In this document: piece by piece, positions 21,629-34,237 of the stretch
Layout of the letters: every line of letters starts with the position of its first letter
Position numbering within the stretch: position 1 is the stretch's first letter
DNA from: an uncultured Alphaproteobacteria bacterium
GTDB lineage: Bacteria > Pseudomonadota > Alphaproteobacteria > HIMB59 > GCA-002718135
Length of the DNA stretch: 64,000 bases
Direction of reading: 5' to 3'
Assembly: GCA_902518895.1 (NCBI GenBank)
Contig: CABYHL010000003.1
Span: 19,789-83,788 of the forward strand
Program-made: the position numbers and the translations under genes
The notes under the pieces: model-generated
What the model was told of the DNA's origin: nothing
Database searches by the model: none
The model's input: the letters and a program-made list of their open reading frames with translations, nothing else

Positions 21629-23026
21629 ATGGAAGATTTTGATTTAATAGTAATTGGTGCGGGACCTGGCGGATATGTAGCTGCAATCAGAGCAGCTCAA
21701 CTTGGAATGAAGGTTGCTTGTATAGAAAAAGAGCCATCACTCGGTGGAACTTGTTTGAACATTGGATGCATACCTTCTAAAGCATTATTAAATTCATCTG
21801 AAAAATTTTATGAAATTTCAAATCATGCTGCAGAGCATGGCATAAAAACATCAAAGATAGATTTAGACCTAAATGTTTTGATGGATCGCAAAACTAAGAT
21901 AGTAAAAAAACTCACAACAGGGATCGGTTTTTTATTTAAGAAAAATAAAATAACACATATCCCTGGCATGGCTTCATTTGTAGATAAAAATACTATTTCT
22001 ATTACAAATGGAAAAAATGAAATTACTGCCAGTGCTAAAAATTTTATTATCGCAACAGGATCATCTTCTATTGAGATACCAAATATTCCTGTTGATGAAA
22101 AACAAATAGTATCTTCAACAGGTGCTCTTTCTCTACCTAAAATACCAACATCACTCCTAGTTATTGGTGGTGGATATATTGGACTAGAGATGGGATCAGT
22201 ATGGAGTAGATTAGGCTCAAAGGTAACAGTTGTTGAAGCTCTTGACAGAATTGTTCCAACTATGGATGCTGAAATTGCAAAAGAGTTTATGAAAATGTTA
22301 ACTAAACAAGGATTAGAATTTAAATTATCTCATAAAGTTAGTTCTGCAAAATCTGGTAAGTCTGGTGTAGATGTTGAGATGGAAACATTAGATAAAAAGA
22401 AAATAAAAGAAAACTACGAAATAGTTTTAATGTCAGTAGGAAGAAAACCAAATACAGAGGGACTGGGTCTCGAAAAAATTGGTATTAAATTAACCGCAAA
22501 AAAATCCATTGAAATTAAAGATAATTTTCAAACTTCTGTTGAAGGAATCTACGCAATTGGTGATGTAGCTCCAGGACCAATGCTAGCACACAAAGCTGAA
22601 GAAGAAGGAGTTGCTTGTGTTGAATTTATAAACGGTCAAAAACCTCATATAAACTACGACGCTATACCAGCGATTGTTTATACCAATCCAGAGATAGCAT
22701 CAGTTGGAAAAACAGAGGAACAACTCAAGCAAGAAAAGAAAGACTTCAAGGTTGGAAAATTTCCTTTTATGGCAAATGGTCGTGCCTTAACTACCTCCGC
22801 ATCAGAAGGATTTGTTAAAATTTTGGTTGATAAACAAACAGATGAAATTTTAGGTGCTCATATAATCGGTCATGATGCTGGACAACTGATCGCTGAAATT
22901 GTTACGACAATAGAATTTGGTGGTAGTGCAGAAGATATTGCTAGAGTATGTCATGCTCATCCGACAACTAGTGAAGCAGTAAAAGAAGCAGCTTTAAGTG
23001 TTGATGGTAGAGCAATTCATATTTAA
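21629..23026 (+). CDS. lpdA: dihydrolipoamide dehydrogenase E3
   Basis: GGTCLNIGCIPSK and HAHPTTSE motifs. Confidence 0.97.
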   Translation: MEDFDLIVIGAGPGGYVAAIRAAQLGMKVACIEKEPSLGGTCLNIGCIPSKALLNSSEKFYEISNHAAEHGIKTSKIDLDLNVLMDRKTKIVKKLTTGIGFLFKKNKITHIPGMASFVDKNTISITNGKNEITASAKNFIIATGSSSIEIPNIPVDEKQIVSSTGALSLPKIPTSLLVIGGGYIGLEMGSVWSRLGSKVTVVEALDRIVPTMDAEIAKEFMKMLTKQGLEFKLSHKVSSAKSGKSGVDVEMETLDKKKIKENYEIVLMSVGRKPNTEGLGLEKIGIKLTAKKSIEIKDNFQTSVEGIYAIGDVAPGPMLAHKAEEEGVACVEFINGQKPHINYDAIPAIVYTNPEIASVGKTEEQLKQEKKDFKVGKFPFMANGRALTTSASEGFVKILVDKQTDEILGAHIIGHDAGQLIAEIVTTIEFGGSAEDIARVCHAHPTTSEAVKEAALSVDGRAIHI

Positions 23027-23226
23027 ATTTTAGCTAGATCCATTCCTTTTTTGTATTTTTTTGATGATTGTTTTACAATTGCTTGACCGCATCTCATAAC
23101 TTTTCTTTTATGATCAAAAGTCATTTTTGGCTCACCATGTAATTTCCATCCATTAGAGAGTGCCTCTGTTACTCTTTGGCAAAAATCAACAGTGTCATCA
23201 TCTGTAATAAATCTATAACCTTTCAT
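23023..23226 (-). CDS. DUF1737 family small protein
   Basis: YRFIT-DD--FCQRVTEALSNGWKLHGEP pattern; purine-rich AGGAAGG upstream of the ATG. Confidence 0.8.
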   Translation of the reverse strand: MKGYRFITDDDTVDFCQRVTEALSNGWKLHGEPKMTFDHKRKVMRCGQAIVKQSSKKYKKGMDLAKI

Positions 23227-23238
23227 TTTACCTTCCTT

Positions 23239-23901
23239 TCATTTAATACTTAATAAATTTACTTCTATAATTTTAATTAAGTACTCAACAAGATCAGTTT
23301 GCATATCAACTGTAAATTTATTTTTATCTTTTGATCCCATAGCCAATATTAGAGTATCTTCACGAAATTTAACTTTTAATAAAATATATGATTTTATTGT
23401 TGCTGATTTATTAGGAAAAAATAAAAGTAAACCTTTAGGATTTTGATTTAAATTTGTAACCATTTTGTTTTTAAAATAACTATTTGCAATTTTAATATCC
23501 AGTTGTGATAAATTTTCTGCTCTAATATTTTCATTTGTAACAAAACAATTCATTTCATCACAACCTAAAATTGTTTTAAGATCATTTTTAATTAAGCTTA
23601 TTAATTTTTGTAAACTTTTTACATTTAGAATTCTAATTGTAGATTTTAGAATTCTTTTTTGAGCATTTAAATGACTTTTTCCTGCAAGTAGTACTTTTGT
23701 CATTTGATTTTGTAGATCTATATTTTGTTGCGATATTTTTTTATATCTATAAGCTTCTAAATCAACAACCTTATCAGAACTATTATCTAAGGTTGGAAAA
23801 TTTAGTTCATTAACTAATTCTGAATTTTTAATAAAAAAATTTTTATTTTTTTTTAAAAAATTTATTATTTGTTTTTCACTAATTTCATCTTCATGCGCCA
23901 T
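23239..23901 (-). CDS. DUF484 (YigA-like) family protein
   Basis: I--FL--N--FF...VVDL N-terminus and position after tal. Start set at ATG 23901. Confidence 0.72.
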   Translation of the reverse strand: MAHEDEISEKQIINFLKKNKNFFIKNSELVNELNFPTLDNSSDKVVDLEAYRYKKISQQNIDLQNQMTKVLLAGKSHLNAQKRILKSTIRILNVKSLQKLISLIKNDLKTILGCDEMNCFVTNENIRAENLSQLDIKIANSYFKNKMVTNLNQNPKGLLLFFPNKSATIKSYILLKVKFREDTLILAMGSKDKNKFTVDMQTDLVEYLIKIIEVNLLSIK

Positions 23902-23906
23902 GATGA

Positions 23907-24566
23907 TTATTTTGGCAAGATTTGCTGTCCTGTTTTTGCCCAATCATCAAGAAATGCTTTCAGCCCTTTATCTGTGAGAGGATGTTTATATAATTCGTGA
24001 ATAACTTTAGGTGGTAGAGTTGAAACATGGGCACCAATCACAGCTGCATCAATAAGATGTTGAGTATTTCTTACTGAAGCAACTAATACTTCAGTATCAA
24101 ATCCATAATTTTCATACATTATTACTATATCTGAAATTAGATCCATACCTTTTTCACCAATATCATCGAGTCTTCCCACAAATGGAGAAATAAATGTTGC
24201 ACCAACCTTAGCGGCTAGTAATGCTTGAGCAGCACTAAAACACAACGTTACATTTACCATGATATCTTTTTCTCTAAGAGCTTTGCATGTCTGAAGACCA
24301 GCGGGTGTAAGAGGAACTTTTACAGCAACATTCTTAGCTAATGATGCTAAGTATTCACCTTCTTCAAGCATTTTGTCATATTCCGTTGCTGTCACTTCTG
24401 CACTTACTGGACCAGATACTATGGAACAAATTGTTTTAATTGTTTCCCCCATATCTTTATCACTTTTTGCAATTAGAGATGGGTTTGTCGTAACACCGTC
24501 TATTAATCCACTAGGCATTAACTCTTCGATCTGAGGTATATTGGCAGTGTCTATAAAAAATTTCAT
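23907..24566 (-). CDS. tal: transaldolase / fructose-6-phosphate aldolase (small type)
   Basis: [14 protein letters not shown], Schiff-base VAVKVP and [10 protein letters not shown]. Confidence 0.93.
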   Translation of the reverse strand: MKFFIDTANIPQIEELMPSGLIDGVTTNPSLIAKSDKDMGETIKTICSIVSGPVSAEVTATEYDKMLEEGEYLASLAKNVAVKVPLTPAGLQTCKALREKDIMVNVTLCFSAAQALLAAKVGATFISPFVGRLDDIGEKGMDLISDIVIMYENYGFDTEVLVASVRNTQHLIDAAVIGAHVSTLPPKVIHELYKHPLTDKGLKAFLDDWAKTGQQILPK

Positions 24567-24629
24567 TGTTTGTTGTATACCATATACAAGTTATTTAGAA
24601 AGTTAACATATAAAAAATACGTAAATATA

Positions 24630-26585
24630 ATGTTGTACGATGTAGTAGTAACAAGACCTTTCGACAAAGTTTTCACTTATTATTCAACAAATGAACAACT
24701 TGAAATTGGTCAAGTAGTTTTAGTTCCATTTGGAAAAAAAATAGAAGCTGGAATTATTTGGAAGAAGAATGTTAAAAATCCTGGTTACGAAATTAAAGAG
24801 GTTACAAAAATTTGTAATGATCTTATCCTTCAGAATTCTTCAATCGATTTTATAAATTGGATCGCAAGCTATACTTTAGCTCCACTAGGAGCAGTTTTAA
24901 AATTATTTCTTATTAATAATGATATAGTTGAATTTGATAAAGAAAAATTAGATAGTTTCAATAACACCGAACCTTCTTTAGTGACCTTGAGTGAAGAGCA
25001 AGCAAATTCATTTAAAGAAATCACCCAATCATTTAATAAATTAAACAAACCTGTTTTATTAGAAGGTGTAACAGGCTCTGGTAAAACTGAAGTATATTTT
25101 GAAATAATAGATAAATTTTTAAAAGAAAAAAAACAAATATTAATAATGGTTCCAGAAATTAGCTTAACACCGCAATTAGAGACAAGAGTAAAGAAGCGTT
25201 TTGGAATGGAAGTATGTTTGTGGCATTCTAAAATTACAAAAAAAAATAGGAAAAAAATTTGGCATAAATGTTTTACCGGAGATCCAGTCATTGTTATTGG
25301 TGCTCGTTCAAGTTTGTTTCTTCCTTTTACAAACTTAGGATTAATTGTTGTCGATGAAGAACATGACTCTAGTTATAAACAAGAGGACAATATACGTTAC
25401 CAAGCAAGAGATCTTGCAGTTGTAAGAGCTAAAATTGAAAAAAATTTTATATTATTAGCTTCGGCAACACCATCTTTAGAAACAATAAATAATGTTAAAA
25501 TTAAAAAATATAATCAAGTCTATTTATCAAAACAATTTTCTGGAACTCCATTACCTGAAATTACTATAATTGATTTAAATAAAAATAAACTTGGAAAAGA
25601 TAAATGGATATCACAATCAATTATAGATTCTATTTCTCACTGCTTAGAAAATAAAGAACAAACTCTTATTTTTTTAAATCGTAGAGGATACTCACCATTA
25701 ACTTTGTGTAATAGTTGTGGATTCAGATATGAATGTGATCAATGTTCATCATGGATGGTTATGCATCAACACAAAAAAGTTTTCTTATGCCATCAATGTG
25801 GAACTATAAAAAAATTAAATTTAGATTGTCCACAATGTAATGAAAAAGATAGTATAAAATTTGTTGGTCCTGGTGTTGAGAGAGTTGCAGAGGAGCTAAA
25901 AGAATTATTTCCTGGAAAAAAAATTTCCATCATGTCTAGTGACAACGTTAACACACCAAACAAAATTAAAAAATTTATAACTGATATAAATAACAAAGAT
26001 ATAGATATAATTGTAGCCACACAAATTATGGCAAAAGGATATGATTTTCCAAATTTGTCTTTAGTAGGAATCGTTGATGCGGACGCAGGTTTATTTGGTG
26101 GTGATCCTAGGGCTATAGAAAAAACTTTTAATCTACTTCAGCAAGTTGGAGGAAGAGCTGGTAGAGGAAAAAAAATTGGTAAAGTTTTTCTTCAAACATA
26201 TTTTCCAGATCAAGAAATAATTAAGTCGATTCAACTTAGAGAAAGAGAGGCTTTTATTGAAAAAGCTTTAGAAGAGAGAAAGAATTTTAATATTCCTCCT
26301 TTTGGTTTTATGACTTCAATAATTCTTTCTAGTCATACAAAGGCATTAGTTCTGAAACACGCTTCAAGACTGGTTCAACAAGATCAAAATAGTGAAAATA
26401 TTAAAGTTCTAGGTCCGGTTGAGGCTCCAATTTCTTTGCTTAGAGGACAATATCGGTACAGAATATTATTGAAAAGCAAAAGTAGAAAAAATCTCAATAA
26501 ATTTACAAAAAAAATTGTTGAAAAGACTAAACTACCTTCTTCTGTAAAGTTAATTATTGATGTTGATCCCTACTCATTTATGTAA
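24630..26585 (+). CDS. priA: primosomal protein N' (replication restart helicase)
   Basis: GVTGSGKT, DEEHD, eight-Cys zinc region, QVGGRAGR and C-terminal DVDP. Start moved to ATG 24630. Confidence 0.96.
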   Translation: MLYDVVVTRPFDKVFTYYSTNEQLEIGQVVLVPFGKKIEAGIIWKKNVKNPGYEIKEVTKICNDLILQNSSIDFINWIASYTLAPLGAVLKLFLINNDIVEFDKEKLDSFNNTEPSLVTLSEEQANSFKEITQSFNKLNKPVLLEGVTGSGKTEVYFEIIDKFLKEKKQILIMVPEISLTPQLETRVKKRFGMEVCLWHSKITKKNRKKIWHKCFTGDPVIVIGARSSLFLPFTNLGLIVVDEEHDSSYKQEDNIRYQARDLAVVRAKIEKNFILLASATPSLETINNVKIKKYNQVYLSKQFSGTPLPEITIIDLNKNKLGKDKWISQSIIDSISHCLENKEQTLIFLNRRGYSPLTLCNSCGFRYECDQCSSWMVMHQHKKVFLCHQCGTIKKLNLDCPQCNEKDSIKFVGPGVERVAEELKELFPGKKISIMSSDNVNTPNKIKKFITDINNKDIDIIVATQIMAKGYDFPNLSLVGIVDADAGLFGGDPRAIEKTFNLLQQVGGRAGRGKKIGKVFLQTYFPDQEIIKSIQLREREAFIEKALEERKNFNIPPFGFMTSIILSSHTKALVLKHASRLVQQDQNSENIKVLGPVEAPISLLRGQYRYRILLKSKSRKNLNKFTKKIVEKTKLPSSVKLIIDVDPYSFM

Positions 26586-26703
26586 TTTACCCACAATTTT
26601 AAAAATATCTTCAATTTAACTCATTTGACGCACAAACTGACAGTTTACCTACTTTTTCTGATGTGTTAATAGCCTATTTTTAAACTTCTTATGAACATAA
26701 CTT

Positions 26704-27261
26704 ATGGCATCTAACACGTTATCTGGAGACCTTATATCTGAAAGATACGGAGCAGCTCTGTATGATCTTGCATCTGAAAAAAAATGCATTGATGATATTC
26801 TATATGATTTTGAATTAGTGCAAAACGCATTGAAAGAAAGTTCAGAATTGAGACAAGTTATTAAAAGTCCATTAGTAAATTCAGATGAGAAGCTTAATAT
26901 TTTGCTAAAATTATTTTCTAAAGCAAATTTACATAATCTTACGACAACTTTTTTAAAAGTTCTTGATAACAATAAGAGAATTTCAAATATCGCTTCTATC
27001 ATTTTACAATTTAAAAAAATAAACTCTGAAAAAAGGGGTGATATTACTGCTGACGTAACATCAGCAAATATATTATCTGATGATGAAAAAAATAATATTA
27101 CAAATCAGCTTAAAAAATCTTTAGGTGAAAAATTATCTTTAAATTTTGATGTTGATGGAGACATTATAGGCGGTTTAATTGTTAAGGTTGGTTCCAAAAT
27201 GATTGATACATCTATAGCTAATAAAATTAATAAACTTAAAATTGCAATGAAGGGGGCATAA
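26704..27261 (+). CDS. atpH: ATP synthase F1 delta
   Basis: RYGAAL and [17 protein letters not shown] motifs. Confidence 0.96.
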   Translation: MASNTLSGDLISERYGAALYDLASEKKCIDDILYDFELVQNALKESSELRQVIKSPLVNSDEKLNILLKLFSKANLHNLTTTFLKVLDNNKRISNIASIILQFKKINSEKRGDITADVTSANILSDDEKNNITNQLKKSLGEKLSLNFDVDGDIIGGLIVKVGSKMIDTSIANKINKLKIAMKGA

Positions 27262-28796
27262 TGGAAATTAAAGCTGCAGAAATATCGTCTGTAATTAAAG
27301 ACCAAATAGCTAATTTTGAAACTAAAGCGGATGTTGCTGAGGTTGGAACAGTACTAAGTGTTGGAGATGGAATTGCACGTGTGTATGGTCTTGATCAAGT
27401 ACAAGCTGGAGAGATGGTAGAATTCCCAGGCGGCATTAAAGGTATGGCCCTCAACCTTGAAATGGATAACGTTGGTGTTTCAATCTTTGGTGATGATACT
27501 GGAATTAAAGAAGGTGACACAGTTAAACGTACAGGAGAAATTGTTGACGTTCCTGTGGGAAAAGAATTGCTAGGACGTGTTGTTGATGGTCTAGGAAATC
27601 CTATTGATGGTAAAGGACCTATTCAATCATCTGAAAAGAGAAGAATTGAATTAAAAGCTCCAGGCATTATTCCTCGCCAAAGTGTATCTGAACCAATGCA
27701 GACAGGTATTAAAGCACTTGATGCTCTTGTTCCAGTTGGAAGAGGACAACGTGAATTAATAATTGGTGATAGACAAACAGGTAAAACTGCTGTTGCCATT
27801 GATACAATCTTAAATCAAAAATCTGTAAATCAATCAGACAATGAAAAAGAAAAGTTATATTGTATCTATGTTGCGATTGGTCAGAAAAGATCAACAGTTG
27901 CTCAAATTGTAAAAACGCTAGAAGATAATGGTGCTATGGAATACACAATTGTTGTATCTGCAACTGCATCAGAGCCTGCACCTTTGCAATTTTTATCTGC
28001 TTATACTGGTTGTACAATGGGAGAATATTTTAGAGATAATGGTATGCATGCATTAATTGTTTATGATGATTTATCAAAGCAAGCTGTTGCTTACAGACAG
28101 ATGTCGCTTCTTTTAAGAAGACCTCCTGGACGTGAAGCATATCCTGGAGATGTATTTTACATTCATAGTCGTCTTTTAGAAAGAGCTGCCAAAATGAGTG
28201 ATGAACATGGTGGTGGAAGTTTAACTGCTCTTCCAATTATTGAGACTCAAGCTGGAGACTTATCTGCTTACATTCCAACAAATGTTATTTCCATTACGGA
28301 TGGACAAATATTTTTAGAAACAAACTTATTTTTTGCTGGTATTCGTCCTGCGATTAACGTTGGTCTTTCTGTAAGCCGTGTTGGTTCTGCAGCTCAAACA
28401 AAAGCAATGAAAAAAATTGCTGGTCCTGTAAAACTAGAATTAGCTCAATATCGTGAGATGGCTGCTTTTGCCCAGTTTGCATCAGATTTAGATGCTTCAA
28501 CGAAACAATTACTTGATCGTGGTGCAAGACTAGTTGAAATCTTAAAACAAGGTCAATATTCACCACTAACGGTTTCAGAGCAAGTTGTATCTATTTATGC
28601 AGGTGTACGCGGATATCTTGATAAAGTTGCTGTAGGTGATGTAGTCAAGTTTGAAGCAGAAGTTTTAAATGAGATTAGAACTAAGCATAGTGATTTATTA
28701 GATGCAATTGCCAATGAAAAAGAATTATCTAAAGAAAATGATGATAAATTAAAATCAATCTTAGATAATTTGGTTGGAAAGTTTGCAAGTAACTAA
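27261..28796 (+). CDS. atpA: ATP synthase F1 alpha
   Basis: GDRQTGKT and [15 protein letters not shown] motifs. Confidence 0.99.
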   Translation: MEIKAAEISSVIKDQIANFETKADVAEVGTVLSVGDGIARVYGLDQVQAGEMVEFPGGIKGMALNLEMDNVGVSIFGDDTGIKEGDTVKRTGEIVDVPVGKELLGRVVDGLGNPIDGKGPIQSSEKRRIELKAPGIIPRQSVSEPMQTGIKALDALVPVGRGQRELIIGDRQTGKTAVAIDTILNQKSVNQSDNEKEKLYCIYVAIGQKRSTVAQIVKTLEDNGAMEYTIVVSATASEPAPLQFLSAYTGCTMGEYFRDNGMHALIVYDDLSKQAVAYRQMSLLLRRPPGREAYPGDVFYIHSRLLERAAKMSDEHGGGSLTALPIIETQAGDLSAYIPTNVISITDGQIFLETNLFFAGIRPAINVGLSVSRVGSAAQTKAMKKIAGPVKLELAQYREMAAFAQFASDLDASTKQLLDRGARLVEILKQGQYSPLTVSEQVVSIYAGVRGYLDKVAVGDVVKFEAEVLNEIRTKHSDLLDAIANEKELSKENDDKLKSILDNLVGKFASN

Positions 28797-28799
28797 TCT

Positions 28800-31124
<2,325 letters not shown>

Positions 31125-31125
<1 letters not shown>

Positions 31126-31523
31126 TGGCAACAATTTCTTTTGATTTAGTTTCTCCAGAAAACCTTGTTTTCAATGATGAAGTTGGTACTATAATTGTCC
31201 CTGGTAAAGATGGCGACTTAGGTATTTTACCAGGACATAGTAAGGTAATGTCCTCTCTTAGACCAGGAAGAGTAATGGTATATAATGAAGATAAAAGTTT
31301 AATTAAATCCTTTTTTGTTTCTGGTGGTTTTGCAGAAATCAATCCTGAAAAATGTATTGTTCTTGCTGAAAGTGTTGTTGAAGTGAATTCTTTAGAAAAA
31401 ACATCAATTGAAAAAGAAATACAAGAATTAGAAAATAAGGAAGGCAAAGAAACAGAGGAACAACTTTCTGTGGCTAAAGCAAAATTAGAAGCAATAAATG
31501 TAAATTATTACGATAAAATTTAA
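31125..31523 (+). CDS. atpC: ATP synthase F1 epsilon
   Basis: LVSPE, GDLGILPGH and VSGGFAEI motifs. Confidence 0.96.
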
Positions 31524-31535
31524 TTTCTCTTTAAA

Positions 31536-32006
31536 TTATACATTAGCTAAATTACTTCTAAATTCTTTTTGAATTTTTATATAAACATTTTTTTTAAATG
31601 GTACTGCGTTTCGGCTAATTTCATCATAATCCATCCATTGCCATTCACTAAATTCGGGATTTTCTGTTCCTACATTTATATCGTTATCAATTCCTGTAAA
31701 ACGAAATAAAAACCACTTTTGAATTTGACCTATGTATTTATCACCCCATGGTAATGTCTTTAGTGTTTCTCTAGGTATGTCATAAGAGATCCATTCTTGA
31801 GATGAAGTAATCAAAGATGCATTATTTGTACCAATCTCTTCCATCATTTCTCTCCAAACTGCTTCTTCAGGATTTTCATTTTCATCGATACCACCTTGAG
31901 GCATCTGCCAATATCCACTTGGATGATCTAATCTTCGACCAACTAAAATTTGATTTCTTGCATTGAGAATCATCATTCCCACACATTTTCTATATTTTTT
32001 TTGCAT
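31536..32006 (-). CDS. rppH: RNA pyrophosphohydrolase
   Basis: WQMPQGGID, Nudix box REMMEEIG and GQIQKWF. Confidence 0.94.
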   Translation of the reverse strand: MQKKYRKCVGMMILNARNQILVGRRLDHPSGYWQMPQGGIDENENPEEAVWREMMEEIGTNNASLITSSQEWISYDIPRETLKTLPWGDKYIGQIQKWFLFRFTGIDNDINVGTENPEFSEWQWMDYDEISRNAVPFKKNVYIKIQKEFRSNLANV

Positions 32007-32008
32007 TA

Positions 32009-33304
32009 TTATTCTTGAGTTTCATTAAAGAGACTTACACCTTGCACAAGATCAAAGGCTCTCCGAAGTTGATAATCAATCTCTAAACGTTTTTCAAATT
32101 CACTTAATTCATTATCTTCATTTTCTTCTACATCTTCTTCATTATTTTTATCAAGAGAATCTTTTAGATCTGATTCAGAAAATCTTTTATAATCAAAAGA
32201 TTCAAATTCTCCTTGTTCAATGATTATGTCTGGTACGATCCCCTTACCTTGGATTGATTCACCTGAAGGAGTATAATATCTGGCGGTAGTTAATCTTATA
32301 CCAGTTAGATTATCACTATTTGAAACTTGAAAAGGAATTATTGTTTGAACTGAACCCTTTCCAAAAGATTGTGTACCTATAATGATTGCTCTTTTATGAT
32401 CTTGAAGTGCGCCTGCAACAATTTCAGAAGCTGATGCAGAACCACCATCAATAATTACAACAAGTGGTTTTCCATTAGTTTTATCAGATTTTTTTGCACG
32501 ATATCTTCTTATGTCTTTTTTATCTCTGCCTCTTGTTGAAACAATTTCTCCTCTTTCCAAGAATATATCCGTTACCTTAACTGCTTGTGTAAGAAGACCA
32601 CCTGGGTTTGATCGCACATCTAAAACGTAACCCTTTATTTTATTTTCTTGTTCAATCTTTTTTATAGCATTTAGAAGACCACTTTCTGTTTGTTCATTAA
32701 AAGATGTTATTCTTAAGTATCCAATATTGTTAAGCACTTCACTTTTAACTGATCTAATTTTGATATAATCTCTGATAATTTCAATCTCAAAGGGTTCAGT
32801 ATTTGCTCTTGAAACAGTAATTACTATTGGCTCACCTTTTTTGCCTCTCATTAATTCAACAGCTTCATTTAGAGTTAGACCAAAAACAGGTGTTTCGTCT
32901 ATTTGAATAATATAATCACCTGCAAGAACTCCAGCATCATATGCCGGCGTATCTTCTATCGGAGCAATGACTTTTACAAAACCTTCTTCCATAGTAATTT
33001 CAATACCTAATCCACCAAATTTACCCTCTGTATCCATTTGCATTTCTTGAAATACTTCTTCATTCATAAAACCAGAATGAGGATCTAAACCTGACAACAT
33101 TCCATCAATCGCTTTTTCAATTAATTCTTGATCCGTAACCTCTTCCACATAGGAAGATCTTACCCTGTCAAACACTTGTCCAAATAGATCTAAATATTTG
33201 TATTTTTCTTCATCTGAAGAAGATCCATATGTTTTAGGTGCAAGAAGTGTAATGAGGGTGAACAGTAGTATTACTTTTAAAAAAACATTTTTTGAAATTA
33301 TCAT
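32009..33304 (-). CDS. ctpA: carboxy-terminal processing protease (S41)
   Basis: Signal peptide, PDZ GLGI, SASASEIVAGALQD and FGKGSVQ. Confidence 0.94.
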   Translation of the reverse strand: MIISKNVFLKVILLFTLITLLAPKTYGSSSDEEKYKYLDLFGQVFDRVRSSYVEEVTDQELIEKAIDGMLSGLDPHSGFMNEEVFQEMQMDTEGKFGGLGIEITMEEGFVKVIAPIEDTPAYDAGVLAGDYIIQIDETPVFGLTLNEAVELMRGKKGEPIVITVSRANTEPFEIEIIRDYIKIRSVKSEVLNNIGYLRITSFNEQTESGLLNAIKKIEQENKIKGYVLDVRSNPGGLLTQAVKVTDIFLERGEIVSTRGRDKKDIRRYRAKKSDKTNGKPLVVIIDGGSASASEIVAGALQDHKRAIIIGTQSFGKGSVQTIIPFQVSNSDNLTGIRLTTARYYTPSGESIQGKGIVPDIIIEQGEFESFDYKRFSESDLKDSLDKNNEEDVEENEDNELSEFEKRLEIDYQLRRAFDLVQGVSLFNETQE

Positions 33305-33309
33305 ATATT

Positions 33310-33645
33310 TTAAGCTAGTTTAGTTTGTGAAGAATCAAAGCTTACTTCCCATAATTTTTCTAATGCATATAATTCTCTAATTTCTTGTCGAAACAAATGA
33401 ACAATAATCTCACCTGCATCAACAATTATCCAGTCACATTGAGGTCTTCCTTCAGGATTTGGACACTTTATCCCTGCTTTTTTTAATTTTTTTACCATTT
33501 CGTCTGCTGTAGCATCTGAATGTCTAGTTGACCTACAGGTAGCAATCACAAAGGCATCAGCAACGGATGATTTATTAGATAAATCAATAACTTTTATATC
33601 TTCAGCTTTTGCATCACTTAGTATTGATACAATATTTTCCGTCAA
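33310..33645 (-). CDS. rsfS: ribosome silencing factor
   Basis: KAEDI, WIIVDAGEIIVHLF and YALEKLW motifs; TTG start. Confidence 0.93.
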   Translation of the reverse strand: MTENIVSILSDAKAEDIKVIDLSNKSSVADAFVIATCRSTRHSDATADEMVKKLKKAGIKCPNPEGRPQCDWIIVDAGEIIVHLFRQEIRELYALEKLWEVSFDSSQTKLA

Positions 33646-33658
33646 TGAAGTAAATTTA

Positions 33659-34237
33659 TTAATATTTACCTCTTAATTTATTTCTTTGATTTCTAATTTC
33701 AGATGATGAAATTTTAATTTCTTTATTTTGAATCAAAGTCCAAGCAGGAATTTTTTTTGAAACATGTTCTATGTCTTGAGCTATATATTTATTATGAATA
33801 AATTTCTTTGCTGCAACACTTTTCAAAGCATTCGTATTATATCCATGTCTTCTAAAAATAACAATAGAGATAATATGAAAAATTGATTGCCATTTTTCCC
33901 ATTCGTGGAAATTAACTAAATTGTCTGCACCCATTAACCAAAAAAATTTAATATTTTTATAATATTGAATTAGAAATTTAATTGTTTGATAAGAGTATTG
34001 AGATCTAATTTTTTTTTCTACTTCTAATATTTTTATAGGAAAATTTTTTGTAATTTGTTTACAATTTTGTAATCTCTCTTCGTATGTTGCGGGCTTTGAA
34101 ATCTTCAAGGGGTTTTGAGGTGTAACTAGCCACCAAATCTCATCTAGCTGTAATACTTTTTTAGCTTCATTTGAAATAAATAGATGCCCTCGATGTGGCG
34201 GATCAAAAGACCCTCCCAGAAGTCCAATCTTTTTCAA
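33659..34237 (-). CDS. nadD: nicotinate-nucleotide adenylyltransferase
   Basis: GGSFDPPHRGH, MGADN and ISSSEIR motifs; TTG start. Confidence 0.94.
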   Translation of the reverse strand: MKKIGLLGGSFDPPHRGHLFISNEAKKVLQLDEIWWLVTPQNPLKISKPATYEERLQNCKQITKNFPIKILEVEKKIRSQYSYQTIKFLIQYYKNIKFFWLMGADNLVNFHEWEKWQSIFHIISIVIFRRHGYNTNALKSVAAKKFIHNKYIAQDIEHVSKKIPAWTLIQNKEIKISSSEIRNQRNKLRGKY

